Origin: an uncultured Clostridia bacterium
GTDB taxonomy: Bacteria; Bacillota; Clostridia; TANB77; UBA1234
DNA length: 64,000 nucleotides
Direction: 5' to 3'
Assembly: GCA_947588905.1 (NCBI GenBank)
Contig: CANQBB010000002.1
Span: 170 to 64,169, forward strand
The translations under genes and the position numbers were made by a program. The notes beneath the pieces were generated by a model. That model saw only the letters and a list, made by a program, of their open reading frames with translations, made no database searches and was not told the DNA's origin. Positions 46,483 through 55,094 of the stretch are shown here, in pieces; within the stretch, counting starts at the first letter, position 1, and every line of letters starts with the position of its first letter.

Positions 46483-48554
46483 TAGAAAAATTAGCTAGAT
46501 TCATCGTACAAAAGAGAAATAAAATCGGAATTATATTCATTATCTTAATCTTAATTAGTTTAATACTAATGCCAATGGTAAATATAAATTATGATTTATC
46601 AGAATATGTGCCAGATACGGAAAAATCAAAGCAAGGAATGAATATAGTAAAAGATGAATTTGCTATGCAAGGTTTTGCAAGAGTAATGATTAACAATGTT
46701 ACTTTAGTTCAAGCTAAAGAGTATAAAGACAAGATTCAAGCTGTTGATGGTGTAGACATGGTTTTATGGCTTGACGATAGTGTGGATATTTATAGACCAG
46801 AAGAATTCATTTCAGAAGATTTATTAAAAGATTATTATAAAGATGGTTCTGCTATTTTTGAAATAATGTTTGATGAAGATGAATATTCATTAAAAACAGA
46901 TAAAGCGATTGAAGATATTCAAAAAATAATTCCTGAAGATAGTAATATGATTGGTTCTGCGATTGATACAAAATCTTCAAGAGAAAAAGTTAAGACAGAA
47001 ATAGGTAGAATAATGATTATACTTATTCCAGTTGTAATTATTATCTTGATTTTAACAACTAATTCATATTTATCACCACTATTGTTTATAGTGATTATAG
47101 GAACTTCAATACTTCTTAACATGGGAACAAATATAATTTTTAAGCATGTATCTTTTCTTACATATAGTATAGTTGCTGCTCTGCAACTTGCAGTTTCCAT
47201 GGACTATTCGGTTTTTGTTTTACATGAATTTGAAGATGAAGATAAAAAAGATATAGAAGAAGCAATGGTTAGAACTATAGTAAAATCTTGTTCATCAATT
47301 TGTTCTAGTGCTCTTACAACAGTTGCGGGATTTGTTGCATTAGTGTTTATGGGATTTACTATTGGAAAAGACATGGGATTAGTTTTTGCAAAAGGAATTA
47401 TATTTAGTTTAATTAGTGTAATATTCTTTATGCCATGTTTAATATTAAAGTTTTATCCTATTGTAGAAAAATTTAATCATAAATCATTTTTACCAGATTT
47501 TAATAAATTTGCAAAATATACAAGAAAGATTTCATATTTGTTAATAGCAATAGTTATTTTAATCGTAGTGCCTTCATATGTTGCACAAAAGCAAAATGAA
47601 TTCTTATATGGAGCATCTTCTTTTGGAGGTGGCGAAGGTACAAAAGTATATGAAGATGAAAAACTTATTGTAGAAAAGTTTGGTAGAAGTAATCCAATAA
47701 TTATACTTGTGCCAGTAGGTGACTATGTGAATGAAAAAAATTTAGCAAATGAATTTGAAAATTTAGAATATGTGAAAAAAGTTCAGTCACTTGCAAATCT
47801 TGTTGGAGAAGGAATTCCAGATTCTTTTATTCCAATAGATAATTATCAAAAGTTTAAAACAGATAAATACTCAAGATTTGTCATATATGTAAAAACATCA
47901 TCAGAAAGTGATGCTGCTTTTGAAGCTGTAAATGAAATAGAAGAAATAACTCAAAAATATTATGGAAATAATTATGAAATAACAGGAACAATACCAGTTA
48001 CGATGGATATTAAAAATGTTGTAAACAAAGATTATAACATTGTAAATTGGATTTCAATTGGAATGGTAATGGTAATATTATTATTCACATTTAAATCTTT
48101 AATATTGCCAATATTACTTATAGTTGTAATTGAAGGTGGAATATTTATAAACATGGCTATACCATATTATACAGGTCAGAGCATGATGTTTTTGGGGTAT
48201 TTAATAGTTAGTTCAATAGAACTTGGAGCAACAATAGATTATGCAATTTTAATGACTAATAATTATTTAGAGTTTAGAAAAGACAATGATAAAAAAGAAG
48301 CATCAGATTTAGCTGTATCAAAAAGTGTACCATCTATAATTACATCTGGAGGAATATTAGTATCAGCTGCTTATTTAATAAAGTTTGGTTCAACAATGAG
48401 TGCTGTATCTGAAATGGGAGAACTTATTGGTAGAGGAACAATTTTAAGTATGTTTTTAGTTATATTTTTCTTACCACATGTGTTAGTTATATTTGATAAA
48501 TTGATAGAAAAAACAAAGTTTGAAAATTTTAAGAAGGGAAGTAAGGTTAAATGA
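46479..48554 (+). CDS. MMPL-family membrane transporter (RND-like)
   Basis: 691 aa. Two clusters of 5-6 transmembrane helices, each preceded by an extracytoplasmic domain. Start overlaps the TetR stop. Confidence 0.75.
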   Translation: MIEKLARFIVQKRNKIGIIFIILILISLILMPMVNINYDLSEYVPDTEKSKQGMNIVKDEFAMQGFARVMINNVTLVQAKEYKDKIQAVDGVDMVLWLDDSVDIYRPEEFISEDLLKDYYKDGSAIFEIMFDEDEYSLKTDKAIEDIQKIIPEDSNMIGSAIDTKSSREKVKTEIGRIMIILIPVVIIILILTTNSYLSPLLFIVIIGTSILLNMGTNIIFKHVSFLTYSIVAALQLAVSMDYSVFVLHEFEDEDKKDIEEAMVRTIVKSCSSICSSALTTVAGFVALVFMGFTIGKDMGLVFAKGIIFSLISVIFFMPCLILKFYPIVEKFNHKSFLPDFNKFAKYTRKISYLLIAIVILIVVPSYVAQKQNEFLYGASSFGGGEGTKVYEDEKLIVEKFGRSNPIIILVPVGDYVNEKNLANEFENLEYVKKVQSLANLVGEGIPDSFIPIDNYQKFKTDKYSRFVIYVKTSSESDAAFEAVNEIEEITQKYYGNNYEITGTIPVTMDIKNVVNKDYNIVNWISIGMVMVILLFTFKSLILPILLIVVIEGGIFINMAIPYYTGQSMMFLGYLIVSSIELGATIDYAILMTNNYLEFRKDNDKKEASDLAVSKSVPSIITSGGILVSAAYLIKFGSTMSAVSEMGELIGRGTILSMFLVIFFLPHVLVIFDKLIEKTKFENFKKGSKVK

Positions 48555-50611
48555 AAAAATGTGCTGTTTTAATACTTGTGCTTGCAATATTATTAAATAA
48601 TTTTGCACTTGCTGCACCTATACAAATGAAAAATGAAACAGTATACATTAACTTGGGAGGATATGGAGAAGTAGAAGAAATCAACATATACAATAAATGT
48701 ATTTTGAATGGAACTACACAAATAAATGATTATACAAAATATAGTGAGGTAACGAATCTTACTAACAAAGAAAACTATGAGAAAATTGAAAATGGAATTA
48801 GTTTTAACGTTAGTGGAGAAAACAATTTTTCTTATACTGGGAAAGTTGGAGAAGAATATTATAATTTAATACCATGGAATTTTGAAATATCATATAAATT
48901 AAATGGAGTAGAAGTATCTCCTGATAAATTACTTGGTAGTAGTGGATTAGTTGAAATAAATATGAATATAAATGCAAATGAAAAAACTAATGAGTATTAT
49001 AAAAATAACTATATACTTGAAATTACAGGTAGTTATGATATGAGTAAATATTTAAGTGTATCATCTGATAGTGCAATGATTACTGATAATGGAAATAGCA
49101 AGACGGTTATGTTTATAGTTCTACCAGGACAATCAACAGATTTTGATATTGAAATTGGTACAGACAATTTTGAAATGGATGGTATTACTATGGCTATGGT
49201 ACCATTGACAGGAGATTTATTAAATGAAGTTGTTGAATTAGCGGATGATAAAAAGGATATGGAAAATGCAATAAATTCAATGAATAGTAGTACAGATGTT
49301 GTATTAGATTCATTATATGGAATGAATAATGGACTTAATGGAATTTCTAATGGTGTGACGGAAATAAAAAATGGTTTAAATGAATTACATGGACTTAATT
49401 CTTTAAGAGATGAAGATATTGAAAATTTAAAAATTATTTTAAATGATATACTTCCAATAATTCAAAATGTGCAAACAGATTTAGATAATTTAAGTTCTAC
49501 ATATAGTAAAGTTATCGATTTAACAGATGAATTAACAACAGAAACAAAAAAATTATCAGAAAATTTATCGAATTTAGATAAAAACTTAAAAACATTAGAA
49601 AGCTTATCTAAAGATTTACCAGATGATGTAGATGAACTTTCAAAGTTAATGAAAGATACATCAAAAGTAACAAAAGATATGAATTCACTTTTAAGTAGTT
49701 TAACAGGTGTAAGTAGTGCAACCCAAGAAGAGCTTGAAAAAAATTTATTGTTAATAGCAAGTGAAACAGAGCAAATAGGTGCTAATGTTGAAAACACGTT
49801 ACCATTAGTTGCCGATAATGCTACTGCAAAAGAAGCATTATTGAAAATTGGAGCTTCTGCAAATAAAATTGGAGAAAATTTAGGAAATGTCAAATCAATC
49901 TTAAATGATATGTCTGGCAGTATGGGTAATAATGATAAATTATCAAGTGACTTAAAAGAGTTAAGTTCTCAACTAAATAAAGTATCTAATATTTTAGATG
50001 GCGAAGATGCAGAAATTGTTGAAAGTACTATTAAAAATATTCGAAAAGTAACTACGTCTTTAAAAAACATGCTAGATATTGCAACAAAATATAGTGATGA
50101 TTTATTAAAAAATAAAGATGATTTTTATAAAACTATAGATAACGCAAAACAATTAGTTAACGAACTAAATGAAATGGATACATTAAGTTTGAGTATGATT
50201 ACTAATATTCAATCAATGTTAAATATTTTAAGTAGTGATATATATAGCGGTTCAGATAAAACGACAGATGCTTTATTAAATGTTAATAGACAGTTAATAG
50301 GAATGGCGAGTGAATCTATATCAATAAAAAATTCTAAAAATGAATTGAAAGGCATAATAGATGATAAATTTGATGAAGTAGAAGATAACACTACAATTTT
50401 TAATGTAAATAAAGATGCTAAAGTTGTTTCATTTGGAAATGAAAATAATGAAAATGTAAATAGTGTTCAATTTATTTTAAAAACTCCTGATATTAAAAAA
50501 GTAAAAGTTGAAAATGATGATATGGAATCTTCAAAAGAAAATATTTCTTTTTGGGATAGATTATTAGTAATATTAGATAAATTATTTGGATGGATAACAA
50601 AAATATTCTAA
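48551..50611 (+). CDS. exported protein with C-terminal transmembrane anchor, YhgE/Pip-like (phage-infection-protein-like) architecture
   Basis: 686 aa. Signal peptide, a long central alpha-helical region with LNGISNGVTEIKNGLNELHG-type repeats, and a C-terminal hydrophobic helix. Start overlaps the MMPL stop. Family call is by architecture only. Confidence 0.5.
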   Translation: MKKCAVLILVLAILLNNFALAAPIQMKNETVYINLGGYGEVEEINIYNKCILNGTTQINDYTKYSEVTNLTNKENYEKIENGISFNVSGENNFSYTGKVGEEYYNLIPWNFEISYKLNGVEVSPDKLLGSSGLVEINMNINANEKTNEYYKNNYILEITGSYDMSKYLSVSSDSAMITDNGNSKTVMFIVLPGQSTDFDIEIGTDNFEMDGITMAMVPLTGDLLNEVVELADDKKDMENAINSMNSSTDVVLDSLYGMNNGLNGISNGVTEIKNGLNELHGLNSLRDEDIENLKIILNDILPIIQNVQTDLDNLSSTYSKVIDLTDELTTETKKLSENLSNLDKNLKTLESLSKDLPDDVDELSKLMKDTSKVTKDMNSLLSSLTGVSSATQEELEKNLLLIASETEQIGANVENTLPLVADNATAKEALLKIGASANKIGENLGNVKSILNDMSGSMGNNDKLSSDLKELSSQLNKVSNILDGEDAEIVESTIKNIRKVTTSLKNMLDIATKYSDDLLKNKDDFYKTIDNAKQLVNELNEMDTLSLSMITNIQSMLNILSSDIYSGSDKTTDALLNVNRQLIGMASESISIKNSKNELKGIIDDKFDEVEDNTTIFNVNKDAKVVSFGNENNENVNSVQFILKTPDIKKVKVENDDMESSKENISFWDRLLVILDKLFGWITKIF

Positions 50612-50644
50612 TTATTTATTTCATATATATAAATATATGTATTA

Positions 50645-50672
50645 AAAACGTCTAGAAATAGACGTTTTTTCT
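50645..50672 (+). terminator. intrinsic terminator (AAAACGTCTA-GAAA-TAGACGTTTTTT)
   Basis: A 10-bp stem plus a T-run. Confidence 0.7.
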
Positions 50673-50768
50673 TGACTAAAGGTCAAATACATGATATTAT
50701 ATCAACCGTGGCTGTATATTTTTATATCGAAGCGATAATTTGATTCGTGCAGAAGGAGGAGATTCTAC

Positions 50769-51383
50769 TTGGAATACAATGGAAGGTTTAATGGTTATCC
50801 ACCGAAGTGTGTTCTTGATGGTGTCAATGAATTATGTGTTATTCGTCGGGGAAATGAAAAGCATTATAAGCTTAGATTAGTAGATGAAGAAGAACTTTTC
50901 TCACTTAGAACATCTGGCAAACCGGGATTTGTTTTGAAAAGAGATGGAAAACTTTACTATGCTGAAATTGACCCAAACATCAATATCAATCTGGACATAG
51001 ATGGCCAAATTGATCATAAATGTGGTATGTGCACAAGGTGCAGTGCATTATCCGATGAAAAGGGTGGATGCGCAAAAGTACGAGATCATTCAGCAGAAGA
51101 CTATACTAGGCATTCAAGTAATAGAGTATTGATTGAACTTAGTAAAGAAAAAGCTGATTTAGTTACTAAAATTTGGACGATTGCAAAACGTATTGAAAAA
51201 TATCCATTTGTAGTAGCGGGTTATGAGACTTTTAATATGAATGTTGGGGATTCTGTGCTTAATATAAGTCTTTGCAAAAATTTTATGGGATTTGATAGAA
51301 GACCGAAAACAAATTCACAAGATGCTATGAAATTGAAAAAATCTATTGCAGAATTTTATGAATTGTTTATAGCGGAGGCATAA
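50769..51383 (+). CDS. hypothetical protein (204 aa) with a CGMCTRC Cys cluster; GC-elevated
   Basis: ORF between two strong terminators. Ribosome-binding site AGGAGGAGATTCTACTTGG; start by the track is TTG. No family recognised. Confidence 0.4.
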   Translation: MEYNGRFNGYPPKCVLDGVNELCVIRRGNEKHYKLRLVDEEELFSLRTSGKPGFVLKRDGKLYYAEIDPNININLDIDGQIDHKCGMCTRCSALSDEKGGCAKVRDHSAEDYTRHSSNRVLIELSKEKADLVTKIWTIAKRIEKYPFVVAGYETFNMNVGDSVLNISLCKNFMGFDRRPKTNSQDAMKLKKSIAEFYELFIAEA

Positions 51384-51589
51384 TGATGGAGAAAGACACT
51401 CACAACATGATTATATTTGGAATAAGAACTAGAGATAATGAGCGAAATTCTTCATTTAAAGCTTTCTGTATGACAAGAGAAATTGCGGAAAGAGAATTGC
51501 CTAAATATCCAGAATGGGATGGGGCAAGAGATGTTGCGCCAACTCCAGATGAATCTCATATTGTCCCATTAACATTGATAATGGATTAA
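51383..51589 (+). CDS. small hypothetical protein (68 aa), translationally coupled to the upstream ORF (ATGA overlap)
   Basis: Overlapping start and stop, same GC-elevated segment. No family recognised. Confidence 0.3.
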   Translation: MMEKDTHNMIIFGIRTRDNERNSSFKAFCMTREIAERELPKYPEWDGARDVAPTPDESHIVPLTLIMD

Positions 51590-51595
51590 CATAGA

Positions 51596-51626
51596 AAATC
51601 ACCAGTTAAACTGGTGATTTTTCTTG
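51596..51626. terminator. bidirectional intrinsic terminator (ATCACCAG-TTAAA-CTGGTGAT + T-run)
   Basis: A strong GC stem between convergent genes. Confidence 0.7.
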
Positions 51627-51643
51627 TATAATCGAAAAATTTT

Positions 51644-52138
51644 TTATTCTTCAAGTTTATATTTTATTTGACTATATGCCTCTTTCAGTTTTTCTTCAAT
51701 CCCTTTAGGACAGTTTGCTGGAGAAGTGCTAGGCAAATATATTGCTTCTATTTTAGTATCTGGATAGCAATATTTCATGTATAATTCATAAGATTTTTTT
51801 CCTGTTGTAAAAATTGTCTTTATATCTGTTTGATTTAATATTGCGGATATATCATTTGGAACAGCATTTTTTATAGAACTATCGCTTGATGAGTTTATTT
51901 CACAACTTTTAATTACATCGAATAATGCAATTTTATACTTCTTTAAAAATTTAATTTTTTCAGTTTTTGTTTCTCCTATTTTTTCATTAAAAACACTTTC
52001 TAAAGTTTTCCAAAATCTATTTTGTGGATGTGCATAGTAAAAACCAAGTTCTCTTGATTTAACAGAAGGAATACTTCCTAAAATTAAAACTTTTGAATTT
52101 TTAAAATATACTGGTTTAATTGTATGTTCTACAATCAT
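51644..52138 (-). CDS. DNA-deoxyinosine / uracil-DNA glycosylase superfamily protein (small family-6-like)
   Basis: 164 aa. The LILGSIPSVKS...FW motif and overall size are typical of small UDG-superfamily glycosylases. Confidence 0.65.
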   Translation of the reverse strand: MIVEHTIKPVYFKNSKVLILGSIPSVKSRELGFYYAHPQNRFWKTLESVFNEKIGETKTEKIKFLKKYKIALFDVIKSCEINSSSDSSIKNAVPNDISAILNQTDIKTIFTTGKKSYELYMKYCYPDTKIEAIYLPSTSPANCPKGIEEKLKEAYSQIKYKLEE

Positions 52139-52312
52139 TTTAAACTTCCTTTCATTATGACTATAATATAATTATAATACACTGAGAAATAGTAAAGTGC
52201 AATATTTATATTTAAATAGAAAATATCTTGACTTTAAACTGAAGAGATGCTATATTCTAATTGTTAAATCTTGAGATTATACCTAGAATATTTTTTAGGG
52301 AGGGAAATATCT

Positions 52313-52783
52313 ATGCTTACTGCAGATATTATCATGAATAGGATAAAACCGTGGGAAACGGAAGAACAATATGAGAAAGCAGTTGAACTTATTGAAGATC
52401 GACATAGAGAACAATGGAAAGACGGTAAAATAGCTAATTCAATAGGACGGTTTTATGCCATTCGAGGACGCTGTTTTCAAGTTTCTAAAGGTACACATGA
52501 ATTACCTGAAGAAGCAAAAAAAATTTCTAAAAAATATCCTCTTCCATATATTCCACAATTTTTTGCAAACCAAAAAGATTGGGAATCTTTTATGAAAATA
52601 ATTCAGAAACAAATTGAATTGCAACAAGATGAGGCTTTAAAAATTATTTATCCTGATATAGCAGATTCAAAAATTAGATTTAAAAAGTATAGAATTCGTA
52701 TGAAATTAATTTTTACTTTATATTTTTTGCTTACAGCAATAGTTATAGCTGGTTTAATTGGAATAGTAACATATTTATTATAA
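52313..52783 (+). CDS. hypothetical protein with C-terminal transmembrane helix (about 156 aa)
   Basis: Ribosome-binding site AGGGAGGGAAATATCTATG. C-terminal hydrophobic helix (LIFTLYFLLTAIVIAGLIGIVTYLL). Confidence 0.4.
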   Translation: MLTADIIMNRIKPWETEEQYEKAVELIEDRHREQWKDGKIANSIGRFYAIRGRCFQVSKGTHELPEEAKKISKKYPLPYIPQFFANQKDWESFMKIIQKQIELQQDEALKIIYPDIADSKIRFKKYRIRMKLIFTLYFLLTAIVIAGLIGIVTYLL

Positions 52784-52812
52784 AAAGGGCTAATTGCAGC
52801 CCTTTTTTTTTC
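52783..52812 (+). terminator. intrinsic terminator (AAAGGGCT-AATTGC-AGCCCTTT + T9)
   Basis: An 8-bp stem with a long T-run. Confidence 0.7.
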
Positions 52813-52899
52813 ATTGCAAATTAAGTTAAAAATATTTTTATCATATAGCTTTTTTTTATATAGTGTGATATTATATTCCTAGTGAGAAGGAGGATGTAT

Positions 52900-53628
52900 A
52901 TGAAAAAGTTTTTATGGGTAATTATTGCTATAATTTTGATTTTAATTGTAGCTATGGGAGTGATTTTATGGAATAGGGGAAAAACTGAAAATACAAATGT
53001 TTCTGGCGACTTGGGTTTTGAAATAAGAAAAATTTCCGAAGAAATAAGTGGAGATAATGATGTTAAGTTATTAAATATAAATTATGAATATATAGAATTC
53101 ACTGCTGATAATGAGTATTTAAAAACATTAAATGATGAAATAAAAGATAGAGCAGAAGAAAATGTAAATAATTTCAAAAATTATAAAAGTGATGCTGAAA
53201 ATGCAGTAGGAACAGATATAGGAATACAATTACCATATGTTTATGATAATAAATCATATATATTTTATAATGACAATAATATAATAGTAATTGCAGATAC
53301 ATGGTATGAAGAAGCTGGTGGACCACATCCTAATATTGGAACAAAGTATTATAATTATGATATTGCACAGGAAAAAGAGTTAACATTAAAAGATTTATAT
53401 GCAGATAAAACAGATGAAGAAATTGCTAATATTATAATGGAAAAAGTAAAAGATGCATATAAAGATGATTATGAAGAAATCGAATCTGGCTTTGAAATGT
53501 TACCTTTAAAAGATAATCTAAATTTATTAGGCTTTGCAGTTCAGAAAGATGGAGTTTTGATTGACTTAACAGAATTTGTTCCTTATGCTTTCGGAGAATG
53601 TGCAGTAAAAATTGAATATAATAAATAA
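52900..53628 (+). CDS. membrane-anchored extracytoplasmic protein (about 242 aa), possibly RsiV-like DUF3298/DUF4163 type
   Basis: Ribosome-binding site GAAGGAGGATGTATATG. N-terminal transmembrane helix, then a soluble domain. Adjacent to an ECF sigma factor gene. Domain call is tentative. Confidence 0.45.
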   Translation: MKKFLWVIIAIILILIVAMGVILWNRGKTENTNVSGDLGFEIRKISEEISGDNDVKLLNINYEYIEFTADNEYLKTLNDEIKDRAEENVNNFKNYKSDAENAVGTDIGIQLPYVYDNKSYIFYNDNNIIVIADTWYEEAGGPHPNIGTKYYNYDIAQEKELTLKDLYADKTDEEIANIIMEKVKDAYKDDYEEIESGFEMLPLKDNLNLLGFAVQKDGVLIDLTEFVPYAFGECAVKIEYNK

Positions 53629-53740
53629 ACATATAAAATCTTCTTAATGTAAAAACATTAAGAAGATTTTTTTAAAGTGTAACCTTTTTGCATAAATTGG
53701 TAATATATAAGTGAAATGCCTTAAAGGAGATTTAGCTAAA

Positions 53741-54283
53741 TTGAATAAGTTAATTAAAGATTATATAATCGAAAGTGAGTTAGATATTGAAAAAATAATA
53801 AATGAATATAGTAATTATTTAAAAGTAGTAGTTACTAATATTTGTGGTAATTATTTAAGTCAAGAAGACATTGAAGAAATAATACTAGATGTTTTTTTAG
53901 TATTATGGAAAAATAAAAATAAATTAGATACAAATAAAAGTATTAAATCATATATTGCTAGTATTGCACATAATTTAACTAAGAAAAAGATGACGTCATC
54001 TAGTAAAAATTATAATAATATTGAACTTGATGAAAATATATTAGCAGATATAAATATAGAAAATTCATTTGATAAGAAACTAAAGTATAAAGAATTAGAA
54101 AATGTAATCCACGAATTATCCAATCAAGATTATACAATATTTACTTTGTTTTATTATAACTCGTATAAAACAAAACAAATTGCAGAAAGACTAGGCATTT
54201 CAAATATGAAGGTAAAAACAAAATTACATAGAATAAGGTTAAAAATAAAAAAGAAATTAGAAGAAAGAGGGTATAGTATATGA
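53741..54283 (+). CDS. RNA polymerase sigma factor, sigma-70 ECF-like
   Basis: Region-2-like (...EDIEEIILDVFLVLWKN...) and region-4 HTH (...YKTKQIAERLGISNMKVKTKLHRIRLKIKK). Start placed at TTG 53741, which lies 10 nt after AAAGGAG. The track's longer ORF from 53711 is also possible. Confidence 0.65.
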   Translation: MNKLIKDYIIESELDIEKIINEYSNYLKVVVTNICGNYLSQEDIEEIILDVFLVLWKNKNKLDTNKSIKSYIASIAHNLTKKKMTSSSKNYNNIELDENILADINIENSFDKKLKYKELENVIHELSNQDYTIFTLFYYNSYKTKQIAERLGISNMKVKTKLHRIRLKIKKKLEERGYSI

Positions 54284-54699
54284 GTAAATTAAATGAAAGG
54301 ATTTTAAAAAGATATAAAGATAACATTGCTATATCCAATTTGAAGGAGGAATGTGTAATGAAAAAAAATACAATTAAAAAAATCACAACTTTTTCTTTAA
54401 TGGGAATTGTATTAGTTTTTGGTAGTTTCTTTACTGTTAATGCAGCAACTGGAGGAGAATTAGTTGATAATTTTAAAACTGGAATTTTAAAAATAATAAA
54501 AATAAGATATGTTGATGCTGATGATTATTTTGATGTTAATACTGATATTAGTGGCGATGTAATGGTAGATGAAGATAATTTTACTAAAATTGAATATAAA
54601 GTTGCAGGAAGTGGCGAAGTATCAACAGGAGTCGTTACTTATAAATTTGAAGGTGGATTAGATGGAGGAGAAGCCACAGCTTATATTATAGAAGATTAA
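54280..54699 (+). CDS. putative anti-sigma factor / membrane protein (139 aa)
   Basis: Start overlaps the sigma gene stop. Short cytoplasmic N-terminus, one transmembrane helix, and a small extracytoplasmic domain. This is the classic position and topology of an ECF anti-sigma factor. Confidence 0.45.
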   Translation: MSKLNERILKRYKDNIAISNLKEECVMKKNTIKKITTFSLMGIVLVFGSFFTVNAATGGELVDNFKTGILKIIKIRYVDADDYFDVNTDISGDVMVDEDNFTKIEYKVAGSGEVSTGVVTYKFEGGLDGGEATAYIIED

Positions 54700-54708
54700 A
54701 TATAAATA

Positions 54709-54742
54709 GAGCAGATTGTTTTAGAAACAATCTGCTTTTTAT
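54709..54742 (+). terminator. intrinsic terminator (AGCAGATTGTTT-TAGA-AAACAATCTGCT + T-run)
   Basis: A 12-bp perfect stem. Confidence 0.7.
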
Positions 54743-54753
54743 TAAAAAATTCC

Positions 54754-54782
54754 TTGACTTATGTAATCTTATATGATAATAT
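54754..54782 (+). promoter_or_regulatory. sigma-A promoter (TTGACT - 17 nt - TAATAT with TG extension) driving the cysS leader
   Basis: Consensus -35 with an extended -10 TGaTAATAT. Sits immediately after the upstream terminator. Confidence 0.45.
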
Positions 54783-54789
54783 ATGAGGT

Positions 54790-54960
54790 AATTAAGTGGG
54801 GGTGGACTAAATGAAAAATATTAGCAAATTTAATAAAATATGTTGGTGTAGATACTAAACGCTAGTGCGAGGCACTAGTGCATTTTTCGTATGCGTTGTG
54901 TCTGCACTATTATTATATAATAATCAAAAGACACAAAAGAAAAATTTGTGTCTTTTTTGT
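54790..54960 (+). promoter_or_regulatory. structured 5' leader with terminator/antiterminator alternative upstream of cysS (candidate T-box-like or other attenuator)
   Basis: About 170-nt leader ending in the terminator GACACAAA-AGAAAAAT-TTGTGTC + T6. An upstream segment TTGTGTCT can pair with AGACACAA as a competing helix. There is also a perfect 7-bp hairpin CTAGTGC-GAG-GCACTAG. A canonical T-box motif was not confidently found. Confidence 0.35.
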
Positions 54961-55094
54961 TTGTTATTTTTGTAACTTTGTATGGATAAAAATAGCATTG
55001 ATAAAAATAATCAAATTATTTCAAAAAGGACTAGCAGTTAATTGATATTTATCAGTAATTATAATATAATTTAATAGAATTGGAGGTTAATTTT

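Noticed and set aside
54790-54960. Confident T-box riboswitch call for the cysS leader
   Set aside because: The terminator/antiterminator logic is present, but I could not locate a convincing T-box consensus or a specifier loop by eye, and the leader is short. It is therefore reported only as a candidate attenuator.
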